The position numbers and the translations under genes were made by a program. Positions 37,886 through 49,827 of a stretch of DNA of 64,000 nucleotides are shown here, piece by piece. Numbering within the stretch: the stretch's first letter is position 1; each line of letters begins with the position of its first letter. The notes below the pieces were generated by a model. That model made no database searches. It saw only the letters and a list, made by a program, of their open reading frames with translations, and was not told where the DNA came from. The DNA comes from Epithemia pelagica (Eukaryota; Protista; Bacillariophyta), in the NCBI GenBank assembly GCA_946965045.2, contig OX337236.1, positions 434,001-498,000 on the forward strand. The letters are read 5' to 3'.

Positions 37886-40800
37886 ATGTTTTTTGATGGC
37901 AATCCTCGTTCCAATACTCGTCGGGGCGGTGGTGGCAAACGACCCGTCAATTTGGGCGGCAAGAGTGTCACGGTCTCTCGGACTCGATTGTTGCAACAGA
38001 GTCAACAATTGCGCCAAGAACGATGGCACAAACAACGACAACACACCCAAGCGACGATATTGCAAAAATATCTCCGCGGATTTCTCACCCGACGCCGACT
38101 GGTCCATGTCTTGCGGCAGGAATGGAACAACCCAACGAACCCAGTGTCATCATCTTTGAATCTGCCCACACTGTCGTCCAAAACCACGGTGCTGCAACGC
38201 TTCCATGTCTTGGTGAGACTCTTGTTGCTCCAAAATAACAATCACAACAACAACAACGACAAGACGGTGGAGACGCAAATCACCTCCTTGTTGATGCAAT
38301 TTGCCCAAACCTTGCCGCCATCGCCACCCCAAATAGACAACAAGACGACAACCGTTGTCTATTCCAAGTATATTTGGCACCAAACCTTGCATCGCCTGCA
38401 AGACCAGTCGACGACGGATGGTCGCAGTACGAACGACAATTCCTGGACGTGGCGCATTTTGCAACATTGTTTGCCGCACCACAATCCCTGCCACTGGCTT
38501 TCCACCAGCGACATTATGCTCTTGTGTCAAACCTGTCTGGCCCTGCCACCGCCACACAATGACGACTCGAGCAACCGGTGGTCCTTGCGAGACTATCTGG
38601 TACAATCTGTGTTACGACCACAACCCAATGCACGGCCCGTCTTGGGAGTCTTGGAATGGCTGCGAATGGAACCCAACAATAACGATGACAACGACAACCA
38701 TTACCAAACGTCGTCGATCCAACAAGTCGAAACACTCCAAGCCTTGGTTCAAGCCCTCTTGTCATCATCCTCATCCTCGTCGTCGATACCATCCAACAAC
38801 AAGACCTCCCACATTGATTGGCCCTCCATTGCGCGAACCTTGGTTCTGGAACCACCGCCATACTCTTGCACTGCGAATCGGACCACACCACCACCACATG
38901 TATTGTTGTTGCACTTGTTGGATCGCGTTCTAGACGTGGAATCATCATCTCCTCTAGTATCGTCGCGATGGATTGTTCCCTTGATTTGGATGACATGGCA
39001 ATCCTTTCCATCCTTGATTCATGCCACGACACTGGTCGCCTCCTCGTTGCCATCCAAGCAACGGACTCGACAAGAAGAAGAAGCAGTGATTTTTGGTCAT
39101 GTCACCACTCGTGCCTCCATGGACCTGGAAGACAACAATGACGATGCGGAGGAGGACGACGATGACGACGATGAGGAGGAACCAGACACGACGACGAGGA
39201 CCAACACTCTGCGAGTCTCGGCGCCGGCGGCAACCACGACGAATTCGCGAACCGGTAGTGCCCGATTCTTTACCAAACAAGACTTGGCCACGGCACCCAA
39301 ACTCGAACGCCTGGTTCAACAAACCCAGACTGTGTGGACCCGACAACAAGGTCAACAATTGATAACTGGCAGTATGGTCAACAATCACAATCAACAGTCT
39401 GTACGTTCCTGCATGACCCGCGTGGCGCACCGTCTGGCACAGCCCCAGGTGTGGTTGCACTGGGGACACCAACTCTTGTGCCAAGCGTCGTCGTCGTCGG
39501 AGGAGGAGAAAGACAAGGATACGACGACGACGACTACAAGTGAGGACGCCCGAGAGGCCTATATCCTGTGCTTGACCGTCTTGTTGCAAGGGCAACGAAC
39601 GGGATTGCACAATCGAAGCTCGGCCAGTTCCCACTTTTTGACGCAATTGGCCTTTGCCGCAACGACAACGACCAACCAACCACCACAACAACACGACCAC
39701 GACATTCTCACTTGGTTGTGGCACACCATTCTTTATTTCCAGCAACAGGCACACCACCAACGACAAGAAGAATCTCCACCCCTGCGTCTTGAAGCGACGC
39801 GTCTCGTGTCCCATCCAGCGGAATCGCCGACAGCCTCTCGTCGTCGTCCTCCCTCGCTATTGCTCTTGTATTGTACGTGGTCCGTCTTTTGCGATATTTT
39901 GGCGCAACAATTGATTGCCGTCCGGGACGATCAATTTTTGGAACGCTACACGACGACCCTGTTGTCGTCGTCGTCGTCTTGGAGGAGGACGACAACAACA
40001 ACGACAACAACGACAAACAGTCCAAGTATTGTGGCACGGGACGTGATTGAGCAATTGAAACAGCATGTGTATGACTTGTATTGGAGTCAACCGGTAGTCA
40101 CCAGTGAAACACAAGCCTTGTTGGTACCCTCAACGACGACGGGGGCCCTCTTGGCCACCACCACAACGACCAACAACAACACGATGGCATCGACTCGCAT
40201 TCAACAACAACCACAACCATTGTTGCTTTCCGCAGCTCGTGTCCGATTGTTCTTGACGGGGACCAAGTTGTGGAATTCCTTGTATGCTCGATGGTGTCGT
40301 TTGGTTCGTCTCAAAGGTTGTCGATTCTGTGAGGAATCCACCTGGTGGTTTCCCAATCACAATTCCATGTTGGGAGGATTGGCCGCCAGTGCCAGCGCCG
40401 TATCCGCCGATTCGGCAATGGGACAGGCGGCGCAGGACGACGAAAATGACGACATGGACGACGACGACGACGACGATGATATGGATGTCGATGATGGCAA
40501 TCAACCATCTAGAAACAACCGATCCTCATCCAGTAGAACTCATTCCAACCATCCGAACGAGACAGAAGATGCAGAAACCGAAGCACTGGCCAATGTATTC
40601 AAGGATCCGAAAATGGCTCGAGTCTTGGTAAGCATTCCTCAATGCCTGTCGTTTGAACGACGTGTCCGACTCTTTCATTCCTTGTTGCAAGAAGACAAGG
40701 CCCGAACTCAAGATGAAAGTTATGATATGCATGCGACAGTCATGGCCTTGATGCGAGGAGAAGACACGGGCGTGCCCGATGAAACCGCACATCGGGTCAA

Positions 40801-42165
40801 TGTCGAAATCCGGCGCGATGCCCTCTATCAAGATTCGATGCGACAATTGAATCAATTGGGACCCCACCTCAAAAAGAAGGTCAAAGTGTCGTTTATCAGT
40901 CAACATGGAACACAAGAAGCAGGAATTGATGGCGGTGGAGTCTTTAAAGAGTTTTTGGATGATTTGATCAAGGAAGCCTTTACGCCGCCGCCTTCTGCTG
41001 GTTCCGAGTCGGCCTCAGCTTCATCCTCTTCATCCCATCAGCTGCAACTCTTTGCAGTCACGCCCTCATTGGAAACGCTCATGGTGAATCCTTTGTACAG
41101 TAGTGATCCCCAATATCTACCGCACTATGAGTTTTTGGGCCGTGCTGTGGGCAAGGCGGTGTACGAATCGCTGCTGGTCGAACCACAGTTTTGTCTTCCC
41201 TTTTTGAATACCTTGTTGGGCAAGTCGAATACATTAGAAGATTTGAAAAACTTTGACCCCACCTACTACCACAGTTTGGTTCAACTCATTGGAATGAGCC
41301 GACAGGACTTGGAAACTACGGGGTTGACCTTTGAAGTCAATTTACCGGGACAACGGGTCCCTGTCGAACTGGTTCCCCATGGTGCACAAAAACCTGTGAC
41401 CAAGGACAATGTCATTCAGTACGCACATTTGGTATCGCATCGCCTACTCAATGTCCAATCGGCGCGTCCCATTCGAGCCTTTTTACAGGGCTTTCGCGAT
41501 TTGATTCCAGCTCCCTGGGTTCGATTGTTTTCGTCCGCGCATGAATTACAGAAACTCATCTCAGGCAATGACGACGACGACGACGAAACCTCTGCCGGCT
41601 TTAATGTACAAGCCCTCAAAGCCAACATGGCCTATTCGGGTGGATATCATCCCAGTCAACCCGTCATGCACATGGTACGTTTTTCCTTTGCTTGAGTTAT
41701 GGATACAGTTCCTTTTTGTCGATTCTCATTCTTTTGTTGGACTTGTGTTGTCGTCCAGTTTTGGGAGATTGTGGAGGAAATGACGTCAGAACAACATCGA
41801 AAGTTTTTGAAATTCATGACCTCGTGTTCCAGACAGCCACTCCTGGGCTTTGGTAAGTGTATAATGACAGACTGTGTGTGTTTGTTCGTATGGATGACTC
41901 ATCCTCTTGTCCTTCATTCGTACACACAGGATCGTTGGATCCTCGCCCTTGTATCCAACAAGTAAGATTGCCGGAAAACATGTTTGTCGACACGTATTCC
42001 GAAATTCGAACCAGAGCCATGAGTGAAGTGGAAAAGCAGGCACCGTTGCCCACAGCATCCACCTGTATGAACCTTCTCAAGCTCCCCAATTATCCGGACA
42101 AGGAACTTATGCGAAGAAAGCTCTTGGCCGCAATTGAAGCCGGAGCGGGCTTTGAATTGAGTTGA
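37886..42165 (+). CDS. IQ-motif HECT E3 ubiquitin ligase (UBE3B/C, UPL6/7-like); introns 41675-41758 and 41853-41929
   Basis: IQ-like [22 protein letters not shown] motifs [25 protein letters not shown], and C-terminal [16 protein letters not shown]...AGFELS. GT...AG introns restore the frame. Confidence 0.92.
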
Positions 42166-42913
42166 TGTGCATACAGGAACAGTTGTCAACGAAAAGAGCA
42201 TGAACAAGAGTAATGTCATTTTCAAAAATGTTTTCGTGTGATTTCACAACGATATGACCCAAACTATTCTCATCATTCAAGCAGTTCTTGAAGAACTGCC
42301 GATGCAATGTTGCAACACTAAAAATGGAACACTTCATATGACTTTTTATTTGAATGTCTATACCATGAAATGACACTCCAATTAGCCAGCCTCTATCAGA
42401 AGGTGTGTTCAAACCACACATGGCAGCTTCGGCATTGTTTGCACTGCACCGATAGGAGTATAAACCTAGAGCATTCGCAATTAGATCACAACGTATTAAG
42501 TACACCTCCGTGACATCCGGGGTGTACGGCAATTCATGATAAGGCCTCAAACAATAAAATCTCGTAAAAGATGATCTCCACGGAGACCTCCGACGCCATG
42601 CCCGGACAAGAGCTGCAATCTCAACTCGGAGACAGAGTTTACTCAAGAGAAAGACATTGAAACCTGTTATGTAAAAATACAGCAAGCCACCACCTCCTCC
42701 GCCACCACAACCACCGCAACCACATCTACATGCGCGCCTCGTCAGACACCAGTACGTCACCTCCCATGCGTGATACTGCTTGAACTCAAAACTCGCTAAA
42801 TGTCACTTCAAGAAAAGTAAAGACAACATCTTAGCGATAATGCTTTACTATTAGTATTTTGTTTCATGCATTAGAATTATCGACTTCTCTCAGCTTGGAT
42901 TCCTTCACAACCG

Positions 42914-45463
42914 TCAGTCCGTTGGAAGGTACTTTCTCACGCAACCGAACGTTTTCTCATACAAGTCCTTTGCATCTTTCCTATACGTGGATACAAAGGA
43001 CGGCAACTGGGTGTTCTCGTCATTTTCTTGTTGTTCCTCATGCAAAAGCTCATGGTGCATTGTAAACACATCGGCTCTTTGAAAGGCATTCTGCGGCTTG
43101 GAAGCCATGACAGCCGCATAGATACCAAATTTGTCTTTATGAATGCAAAACATCTTGGGAACCAGCTTTTCTCTCAAATCGTCAAGGTTGCTAGAGACGG
43201 CTTTCTCTAGGGCATTGTCCAAATTCAATGCGGACAAGCTATCGGTATCAAGCTTGCCAAGAACATTGTTGTAGCCTGACCGTCCCACATCCTCCCGATC
43301 TTGTCCAACGAGGCACAGGAGCAACAAACCTTTTGTGATACCAGCAAAGTGAAGTTTCTTCAATGATTTCGACAGGAAGTCGTTCGCCTCCTCGGGAGAC
43401 ACCTCAGCGTGGTTCTTGACACTCACAAAGATCGGTATGTACTCAACCCTTTCGGACGATGCCTTTGATCGGCAGGGAACCACCAAATCTACTGCTTCCA
43501 GGTTGTTTGGACAGTATATTGCACAAGCCTTGTTGTACAAACCCTCGAGAAATTCCGACCGACCAAGATCGGACAGAGCAACGGGGAATGTATATCGAAA
43601 CAACTGAATGAAATTGACTTGACAATTTGATATCGCATCGCCTGCTTCTACCTTCGCCAGGCCATCATCCTCAGTAGCATCAGCGTTTCTTGCAATCTGT
43701 TCAAGATATTTGCCCAGGGCAACTGAAAACGTCTTGTAGTCAGAGTCTGCCTCCTTGCGAAGAATGTCTCCGCAAAACAACAAGAACAAGGCCGATGCCT
43801 CTTCGCCGTAGTCCCCCTTGTTGGTCTCACATATACTCTTCGAAAAAAGCTCGCCCATCTTAGCGGACCAAAAGGTCTTTTTAAGCCCCACGATGGCAGG
43901 CATACGTCTGCCATACCCTCCATCTTGGATCTCAAAGTCCTTGTCCATAAGCGCCATACAGATTCGGGCGCAAACAGGGTCTGGTAAGAACGCAAATGTT
44001 GCCAAACACGGTAACTGAGACCTATTTGGCGCCTGCTGAAACGATGTCAAGTGAGCGTAGCCTTTGGAGACTAGGCTTGACACCATGGCAAAAGATGTCT
44101 GTCCCATCTGGATGCGAGTTCCCAGTACACTCAGACACGACCCCAGAGGCATTGTCTTGTCTCTGAGAATGATCTTGTTGGCAATTTCAAAGATCTCGTC
44201 ATCGCCCAACTTCTTCTCCTTGTGCATTGCTGCGAACAAGGGACGGCCAAATCGAATCATGTTGTCGTATTCACTTGTGTCACTGCTTTGAGGAGTTTCT
44301 GTACCATCGAGGCCGGGGTAGTTTGCAAGACATCCCATCGTTCGGAACATGAAGAAGGGGTCAAAGGGTGTTTCCCCCTTCTCGAAATATCCGCCCTTCT
44401 GTTCAACAACTCTCGACTCTGACGACTGTGCCTCAACTTCGGGGAACAAATTGGTCAATGACGTGGTTGTACCCGCCAACACAGCAACAATTCGATACTT
44501 CTTTGCGTAAAGAGAATACTCAGGGTCCTCCCGAAGAATCCATCGCAGCACATGAAATAAGTAGCCGTCGTGCTTTACCAGGTGTTGTGCTTCATCAAAG
44601 AACAGAATAACCTCGGCCGGATCATTTTCCTCCTGTTCCGGATTGGGATTTGATTTTGAAATTGCCGCGTCGCATTGATCGAAAACCATCTTGTAAAACT
44701 TATTGCTTGCTTTTTCCAAACCATCTTCTCCGTACAGCTTGTCAGGAATGCTGTAAGAGGTATCAAATGTATCTGTCTCGAGGTGGGCGTGGTCCGTCGA
44801 TGATAGTAAAATCGTCTGGCATGCAATATTCTTCGTCTCAAGTTGTTTCTTCGCCTCAATCATCAGTCTTGATTTGCCCGTTCCACTAGATTGCACAATT
44901 GTCAAGGTCGGCGAAAGATATTTATCACGGATTTCGACATCCTTGTGCCATTGCCTCACGTTCTCCAATTTTTCCAAGAAGAGTTTTAGGTCTTCGTCGT
45001 GAGCAAGGCGCAGGCTGAATCCAAAGTCATAGGGAATCATTCCTAAAGAACCTAAGGGGACGGATTGAATATTGACGACATCGCCAGTCTTCAAGAAGTG
45101 AGACAAGTCGATCTGCAACCATTCTTGAATTGAATTGAATATACGTCTGTCTTCTTTGATATCCCCAATTCGGAATCCCAAACTGACATTAAAGAACCTC
45201 TCTTGACTATCCGTAAGGTTATACTTTTTCCACAGTTTTTCATCGTAGTGGTCTTTGAGGGTTTCTTCATCCTTCGGAACCTTCGGTGGTTTGCAAACAT
45301 TGGTTTCATGCTTTGGAGGAGATGATTGATCCTTGATTTCCTCGTCCTTGCTCACCATTCTTCTTCTTTGGTCGTTGTACGGTGGACGCGCCGAGAATCC
45401 AGCGACTCGTTGCAACGACAACGACGGCAGCAGAAGCCGCAGAAGCACCCTGGTCCTCATCAT
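42914..45463 (-). CDS. Crinkler-type P-loop NTPase + C-terminal REase-fold protein, paralog A, with signal+Phe presequence
   Basis: Walker A IVQSSGTGKSRL, Walker B ILFFDEAQHL, C-terminal AVDLVVP...IFVSVKN. N-terminus MMRTRVLLRLLLPSLSLQRVAG-FSA. Confidence 0.72.
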   Translation of the reverse strand: MMRTRVLLRLLLPSLSLQRVAGFSARPPYNDQRRRMVSKDEEIKDQSSPPKHETNVCKPPKVPKDEETLKDHYDEKLWKKYNLTDSQERFFNVSLGFRIGDIKEDRRIFNSIQEWLQIDLSHFLKTGDVVNIQSVPLGSLGMIPYDFGFSLRLAHDEDLKLFLEKLENVRQWHKDVEIRDKYLSPTLTIVQSSGTGKSRLMIEAKKQLETKNIACQTILLSSTDHAHLETDTFDTSYSIPDKLYGEDGLEKASNKFYKMVFDQCDAAISKSNPNPEQEENDPAEVILFFDEAQHLVKHDGYLFHVLRWILREDPEYSLYAKKYRIVAVLAGTTTSLTNLFPEVEAQSSESRVVEQKGGYFEKGETPFDPFFMFRTMGCLANYPGLDGTETPQSSDTSEYDNMIRFGRPLFAAMHKEKKLGDDEIFEIANKIILRDKTMPLGSCLSVLGTRIQMGQTSFAMVSSLVSKGYAHLTSFQQAPNRSQLPCLATFAFLPDPVCARICMALMDKDFEIQDGGYGRRMPAIVGLKKTFWSAKMGELFSKSICETNKGDYGEEASALFLLFCGDILRKEADSDYKTFSVALGKYLEQIARNADATEDDGLAKVEAGDAISNCQVNFIQLFRYTFPVALSDLGRSEFLEGLYNKACAIYCPNNLEAVDLVVPCRSKASSERVEYIPIFVSVKNHAEVSPEEANDFLSKSLKKLHFAGITKGLLLLCLVGQDREDVGRSGYNNVLGKLDTDSLSALNLDNALEKAVSSNLDDLREKLVPKMFCIHKDKFGIYAAVMASKPQNAFQRADVFTMHHELLHEEQQENDENTQLPSFVSTYRKDAKDLYEKTFGCVRKYLPTD

Positions 45464-45970
45464 CGTTTCGCCCGAAAGTGCGACGCCGTTAAGGAATTTT
45501 GGGGAGCCGCAAACTCGGACTTTTCCGTAGACCGTGAGTGACGCACAACGCACACACACAGGACAAAGAGTGAAAATGCACCCGTTTTCGAACGTGAAAT
45601 TGACTGATAATCAGCCCCGGGTGGCGTCTGTTCCACGACCTGAATCATTAATGTACTCGAGTAGGAGTAAGAAGAAGCATTTGTGGATTTACCGATGGTC
45701 GAGAATTCAATCCTCCAAATCAGGCAAGACATATGGCGGCCGTTCTCCTGTCCACCAATTGGCATGTTGTTTGTCATCATCCTGTGTGGGTTGGGGTGGG
45801 TCTTGGAGAGGGCTCTCTTGTTGTGCATGCATTCGAAAAAAATCCAACGGGTGACACACCACAAACGAACTCAAAGCTTGGCCTCGCAGCAGAAATTTGT
45901 GTATCCACTCGCGGGCATGCTGGACCGTACACGTGATTCGACTTGGTAGTAGTAGCAGCGAATGTTTCTC

Positions 45971-47482
45971 CTATCTCCCCGTCATTGGTTGGGGGGTAGT
46001 ATTGTCGTCGTTGTGTGTGTTCACGGCGCAGCAGTGCGAATGGTCATCGTCTAGGAGAATGCGGTGGAGTAAATCCTGGGCGACCCACTCCATAATGGGT
46101 CGTCCGGCGGCATTAATCCAGGCGTAGAGATTGGATTTGGAATTGGCCACGAGCATGGTATGTCCCAGGGGAAACAGGACCAGTTGATTCGAGGATGCGG
46201 TGACATGGTCATAGACTTGTTGCGAGGTATATCCCGTCGGTCGGGGAGTTTCTCCGTACCGTACAACTCGTTCCAAATGGTTGCGATTGGCTGCTCCCAA
46301 CATGCGTGATTTGGGCAAGGGAAGAGAGGGCAGTGTGGATCGAACATCCCAAAAGAGTTTGCGCCATCCCATGGCATCCAAACGGTCCGCCAGTTGGGTC
46401 GAATTCAAGGTTGCACCATCGGTTTTTCCAGGAGGTGATGATGGCTGTGATGCTGGGGGCCGTGTCTCGACCGCCAAGGATGGGGTGGTGGTGCTGCCAG
46501 TGGCCAATGCTCCATCCGTGACAATATAATGCCTGGATTGGGAGTGTGGAGAAACAAAGGCGGCCGTGGCCGTGGGAACTTGAAAATCGGTTTGATGGGC
46601 ATTGGCATGGGCGACACGATGTTCAAAGGCCAAGAGGGGTTGGACAAATTCCTCCCGCACCGTCATGTCTTGAATGACGGAAGTGAAGCGAAACAAGTCT
46701 CGACCCGTTGGTTGCATGGCATGCGCAATGAGGGATTCCGTCCATCGATAGAGGGGGACATAGGTGTGTTGACTCACGCCCAAATGCGGGGTGGCCGTCG
46801 TACAAAAGACGGCCGGACGAACACGAGGACGAGCCGTATTACAGGACGACGACGCATCCGAGTCGTCTGTTGGTGGTGTTGTTTGTGGTGTTGGATGCGA
46901 CTGGAGGAACGGAATTTGGGACAAGGCATGGCGGGCATACAATCCTCCCAAGGAATTGCCCACAAACGACAGGGACACCGTGGTAGTAGTAGTAGTAGGA
47001 TCGGCCGAGTCGTCTCCTTTGGATACTAAATAGTGTTGAATCAAGTCGTTCACTTCGTCGGCCAAGCGTGTTCCTCCCGCCGCAATCCCATCAAAGGTTT
47101 GATCGCGATTGCACGTGGCACTGTGAACTACCACCTTTGGTGGGGATGGGGGTGCTCCAAGTTGTTGTTGCGTTGATGTTCTCGTCGTTGTGGCACGCAA
47201 GTGTCGTTCGTGTACCTGTCGTTCCAAGGCGTGTTGCAAATATCCCATTTCTTGCGGATTTCCCATCCATCCATGCACCAACACAATCAAGTGCACCACC
47301 CTGGTTGTCGTTGTGGAGGTGGAATGATTCGACACGACGAGTGCTCGTGTTGGCCTCATGGACCACAAAATCATGCACACCAACGAAAAAGGCGACCACC
47401 TGAAACGCAGCACTTGTCGTTTCATGCCAAGGTTGCTTCGAACGCGGCGACTGTGAGAACGACACAAGGACAGGAATGCCAT
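45971..47482 (-). CDS. DUF676 putative serine esterase/lipase, copy A
   Basis: HLIVLVHGWMG, SFVGNSLGGLYAR (GxSxG), TTATPHLG. Confidence 0.88.
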   Translation of the reverse strand: MAFLSLCRSHSRRVRSNLGMKRQVLRFRWSPFSLVCMILWSMRPTRALVVSNHSTSTTTTRVVHLIVLVHGWMGNPQEMGYLQHALERQVHERHLRATTTRTSTQQQLGAPPSPPKVVVHSATCNRDQTFDGIAAGGTRLADEVNDLIQHYLVSKGDDSADPTTTTTTVSLSFVGNSLGGLYARHALSQIPFLQSHPTPQTTPPTDDSDASSSCNTARPRVRPAVFCTTATPHLGVSQHTYVPLYRWTESLIAHAMQPTGRDLFRFTSVIQDMTVREEFVQPLLAFEHRVAHANAHQTDFQVPTATAAFVSPHSQSRHYIVTDGALATGSTTTPSLAVETRPPASQPSSPPGKTDGATLNSTQLADRLDAMGWRKLFWDVRSTLPSLPLPKSRMLGAANRNHLERVVRYGETPRPTGYTSQQVYDHVTASSNQLVLFPLGHTMLVANSKSNLYAWINAAGRPIMEWVAQDLLHRILLDDDHSHCCAVNTHNDDNTTPQPMTGR

Positions 47483-47755
47483 GGTCGGTATTTTTTATTT
47501 TGTTTGGCTGCCGACGAACAACTACCCCCAGCGGGGGCGAGTATTTTCGCTGAATTTCTACAAGCATTTTCCACCAACATCTCTGGGGAGTATTTAAACG
47601 CACTTGGTTCCCATGCGATCCAAACGCGACCCATTTATCCATTCGACAAATCCCAGTCGACGACCATGGCATCATATCATCGGATGTAGAGATCCATTCT
47701 ACATTGGGTCGGTTTCATCCATTGCTTGGCATGGAGGATCCATTCCACGAAAAAC

Positions 47756-49666
47756 ATGAACTCCATGCAGCAAGCGAGAAGAACGAAACCCAGAGGTTCC
47801 AACTACAACAACCGAGACAATAAGGTCAGCGTACTGCCCCATCCTATGAGTACTCCTCGACGACCACAGAGGCTTCGCCGTCGTCGTCCTACCAATAAAC
47901 ACTTGTGGTCCTTGGAGGAAAGGATCCTGGAGTGTCCTTCTTCTTGTGGTGGTATGTTCGAATGTTGTGGCGTGAAAGGCATTGTCGTCAGCTGCCTGGT
48001 GTGTGGTATACTGTGCTACAGTGTGGCGATTGGATTTACCTACCTCCTGATCCACACCAACGACAAGAATCCTGTTGCGCTGCACTCCCACTCTATCGAA
48101 CGACGACAAAGACGACGACAGGATCGACATGTTGGTCGTAGAGACCGCGGCCGTGGTACACCACCACCGGTTCCTCGGTATCAGCAACCCTGTGATGCAA
48201 GCTTTCACGAGTATCGGTTTTCCATCGACAATGGATGCGTGATTCATCCCATCCATGAACGCCCGCATTGTCAATTTCAACACTTGCAAATCTCACTCAC
48301 GTCCGTCTCGTCGGTGCGACTGGGTGGGGAACCCTTTTCGCCAAATCCACAACCACCACAACTACAACAACAACCTTCTGACACCAATACCACATCACTC
48401 ATTCTCGGACAACCCGCCAGTTACGAAGTGCTCCAATATGGGCGCAACACGTTTTGGTTTTCGCAGCCGCCCATTCCATTTCACCACTTGAACACTGACG
48501 ACGACGACAACGACCAAGACACGAATGGCAGGAGTTTTTTCTACGATCGACCCACGGTTTTCCATTATATCAATGACATTTTTCTGCATGCCAAAGTACT
48601 GGACCCATCACCCAGTATCTTCCAGTGTCCCAAACCACAACAAGAACAACCAACTGTCATGACCCTCCCAGGCTTGACATTGCTGGTGGCACGCGAATCG
48701 TATGCCAATTTTTATCATGCCGTGCAACTGTGGTGGAATGCCTATTTCACTCTGTTTGTTGGCTCCTCGACGACGACGACGACGACGACGGATCCTACTA
48801 CCACAGTAGACGTGCATTTGATATTTCTCGATGCCCATCCACACACGCCTCTCGACGACGTGTGGTCTCGTCTCTTTGCCCCGGTCACCTACTTGCAACG
48901 CGATTACCATTTCCAATCACAAACTGGCCACAACAACAACAATGACAACAACAACAAGACCATTCTGTGCCTCGAACAGGTTCGTCTCATTCCACCGGGA
49001 ACCAATGCACCCTTTGCGGTAGCGGGCAAACATGCCACTCAGTTTATCCATCATTGTCCCAATCACACCATGACCAAGCAATTTGTGCACCATGTCTTGG
49101 AACGATACAATGTCACACGTGTCCAACAAATTCCTGGACGGGTCGTGGTCATTGACCGCCTCCCCTATCTCGCCCATCCTCGGTCCAATCCTCACACCAT
49201 GGATCGATCCATTCCCCACCTGGCCAACGTGACACGACACGTGTTGGAAACCGCCTTTGCGTCGTCTTCTTCTTCTTCCACGAGACTGTCCTTGCAAGTT
49301 GTGGCCTTGGAAACCTTGTCCATGCAAGACCAATTGCGTCTCATACGACAAGCACAGGTATTGGTGGGAAATCATGGAGCTGGATTGACGCATACCCTCT
49401 TTTTGCAGCCCCACTCTCATGTTCTGGAACTTTCCTGTCGACGCTTGTTTTTTCAACGCTTGGCCGAATGGAACCCCAATGTGACGCATTCCTGTTTAAA
49501 GCCCCTCGTCGTCCATAGCAATCACCATCAGAACAATAACACGACACGTGCCACTGTTGCCATTTCCCCCGAATCCTTGGCCGACTATCTCGAGGCCCAC
49601 GTCGTTCCCATTCTTCGCCAAGTATTACTGGAACACCACCAGGACGCTCCATCGTCCGCAGAATGA
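47756..49666 (+). CDS. Glycosyltransferase family 61 (DUF563-like) type II membrane protein, copy A
   Basis: N-terminal TM helix. NFYH motif. QLRLIRQAQVLVGNHGAGLTHTLFL. First in-frame ATG at 47756. Confidence 0.82.
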   Translation: MNSMQQARRTKPRGSNYNNRDNKVSVLPHPMSTPRRPQRLRRRRPTNKHLWSLEERILECPSSCGGMFECCGVKGIVVSCLVCGILCYSVAIGFTYLLIHTNDKNPVALHSHSIERRQRRRQDRHVGRRDRGRGTPPPVPRYQQPCDASFHEYRFSIDNGCVIHPIHERPHCQFQHLQISLTSVSSVRLGGEPFSPNPQPPQLQQQPSDTNTTSLILGQPASYEVLQYGRNTFWFSQPPIPFHHLNTDDDDNDQDTNGRSFFYDRPTVFHYINDIFLHAKVLDPSPSIFQCPKPQQEQPTVMTLPGLTLLVARESYANFYHAVQLWWNAYFTLFVGSSTTTTTTTDPTTTVDVHLIFLDAHPHTPLDDVWSRLFAPVTYLQRDYHFQSQTGHNNNNDNNNKTILCLEQVRLIPPGTNAPFAVAGKHATQFIHHCPNHTMTKQFVHHVLERYNVTRVQQIPGRVVVIDRLPYLAHPRSNPHTMDRSIPHLANVTRHVLETAFASSSSSSTRLSLQVVALETLSMQDQLRLIRQAQVLVGNHGAGLTHTLFLQPHSHVLELSCRRLFFQRLAEWNPNVTHSCLKPLVVHSNHHQNNNTTRATVAISPESLADYLEAHVVPILRQVLLEHHQDAPSSAE

Positions 49667-49827
49667 ACTGTGACGAATCGGACACCCAAAACGAACCATC
49701 CCCGTATCTATCCAGAGGCTATTCGACAAACTGTTCTGTCCGGTACGACCAAAACGCTGTTGGAACAAGGCCGCTTTTTTCAGTGTGGTCCAACCGAGTG
49801 CCGTATACACGCACTTCATTCATTCAT

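Noticed and set aside
38150-40560. acg/gac/aac triplet runs as possible CRISPR-like or satellite arrays
   Set aside because: They encode Thr/Asp/Asn/Ser runs within the HECT ORF and have no repeat-spacer periodicity. No CRISPR array was seen anywhere in the window.
42107-42760. 217-aa minus-strand ORF downstream of the HECT gene
   Set aside because: No recognisable domain, non-ATG or low-complexity start, and it overlaps the HECT stop.
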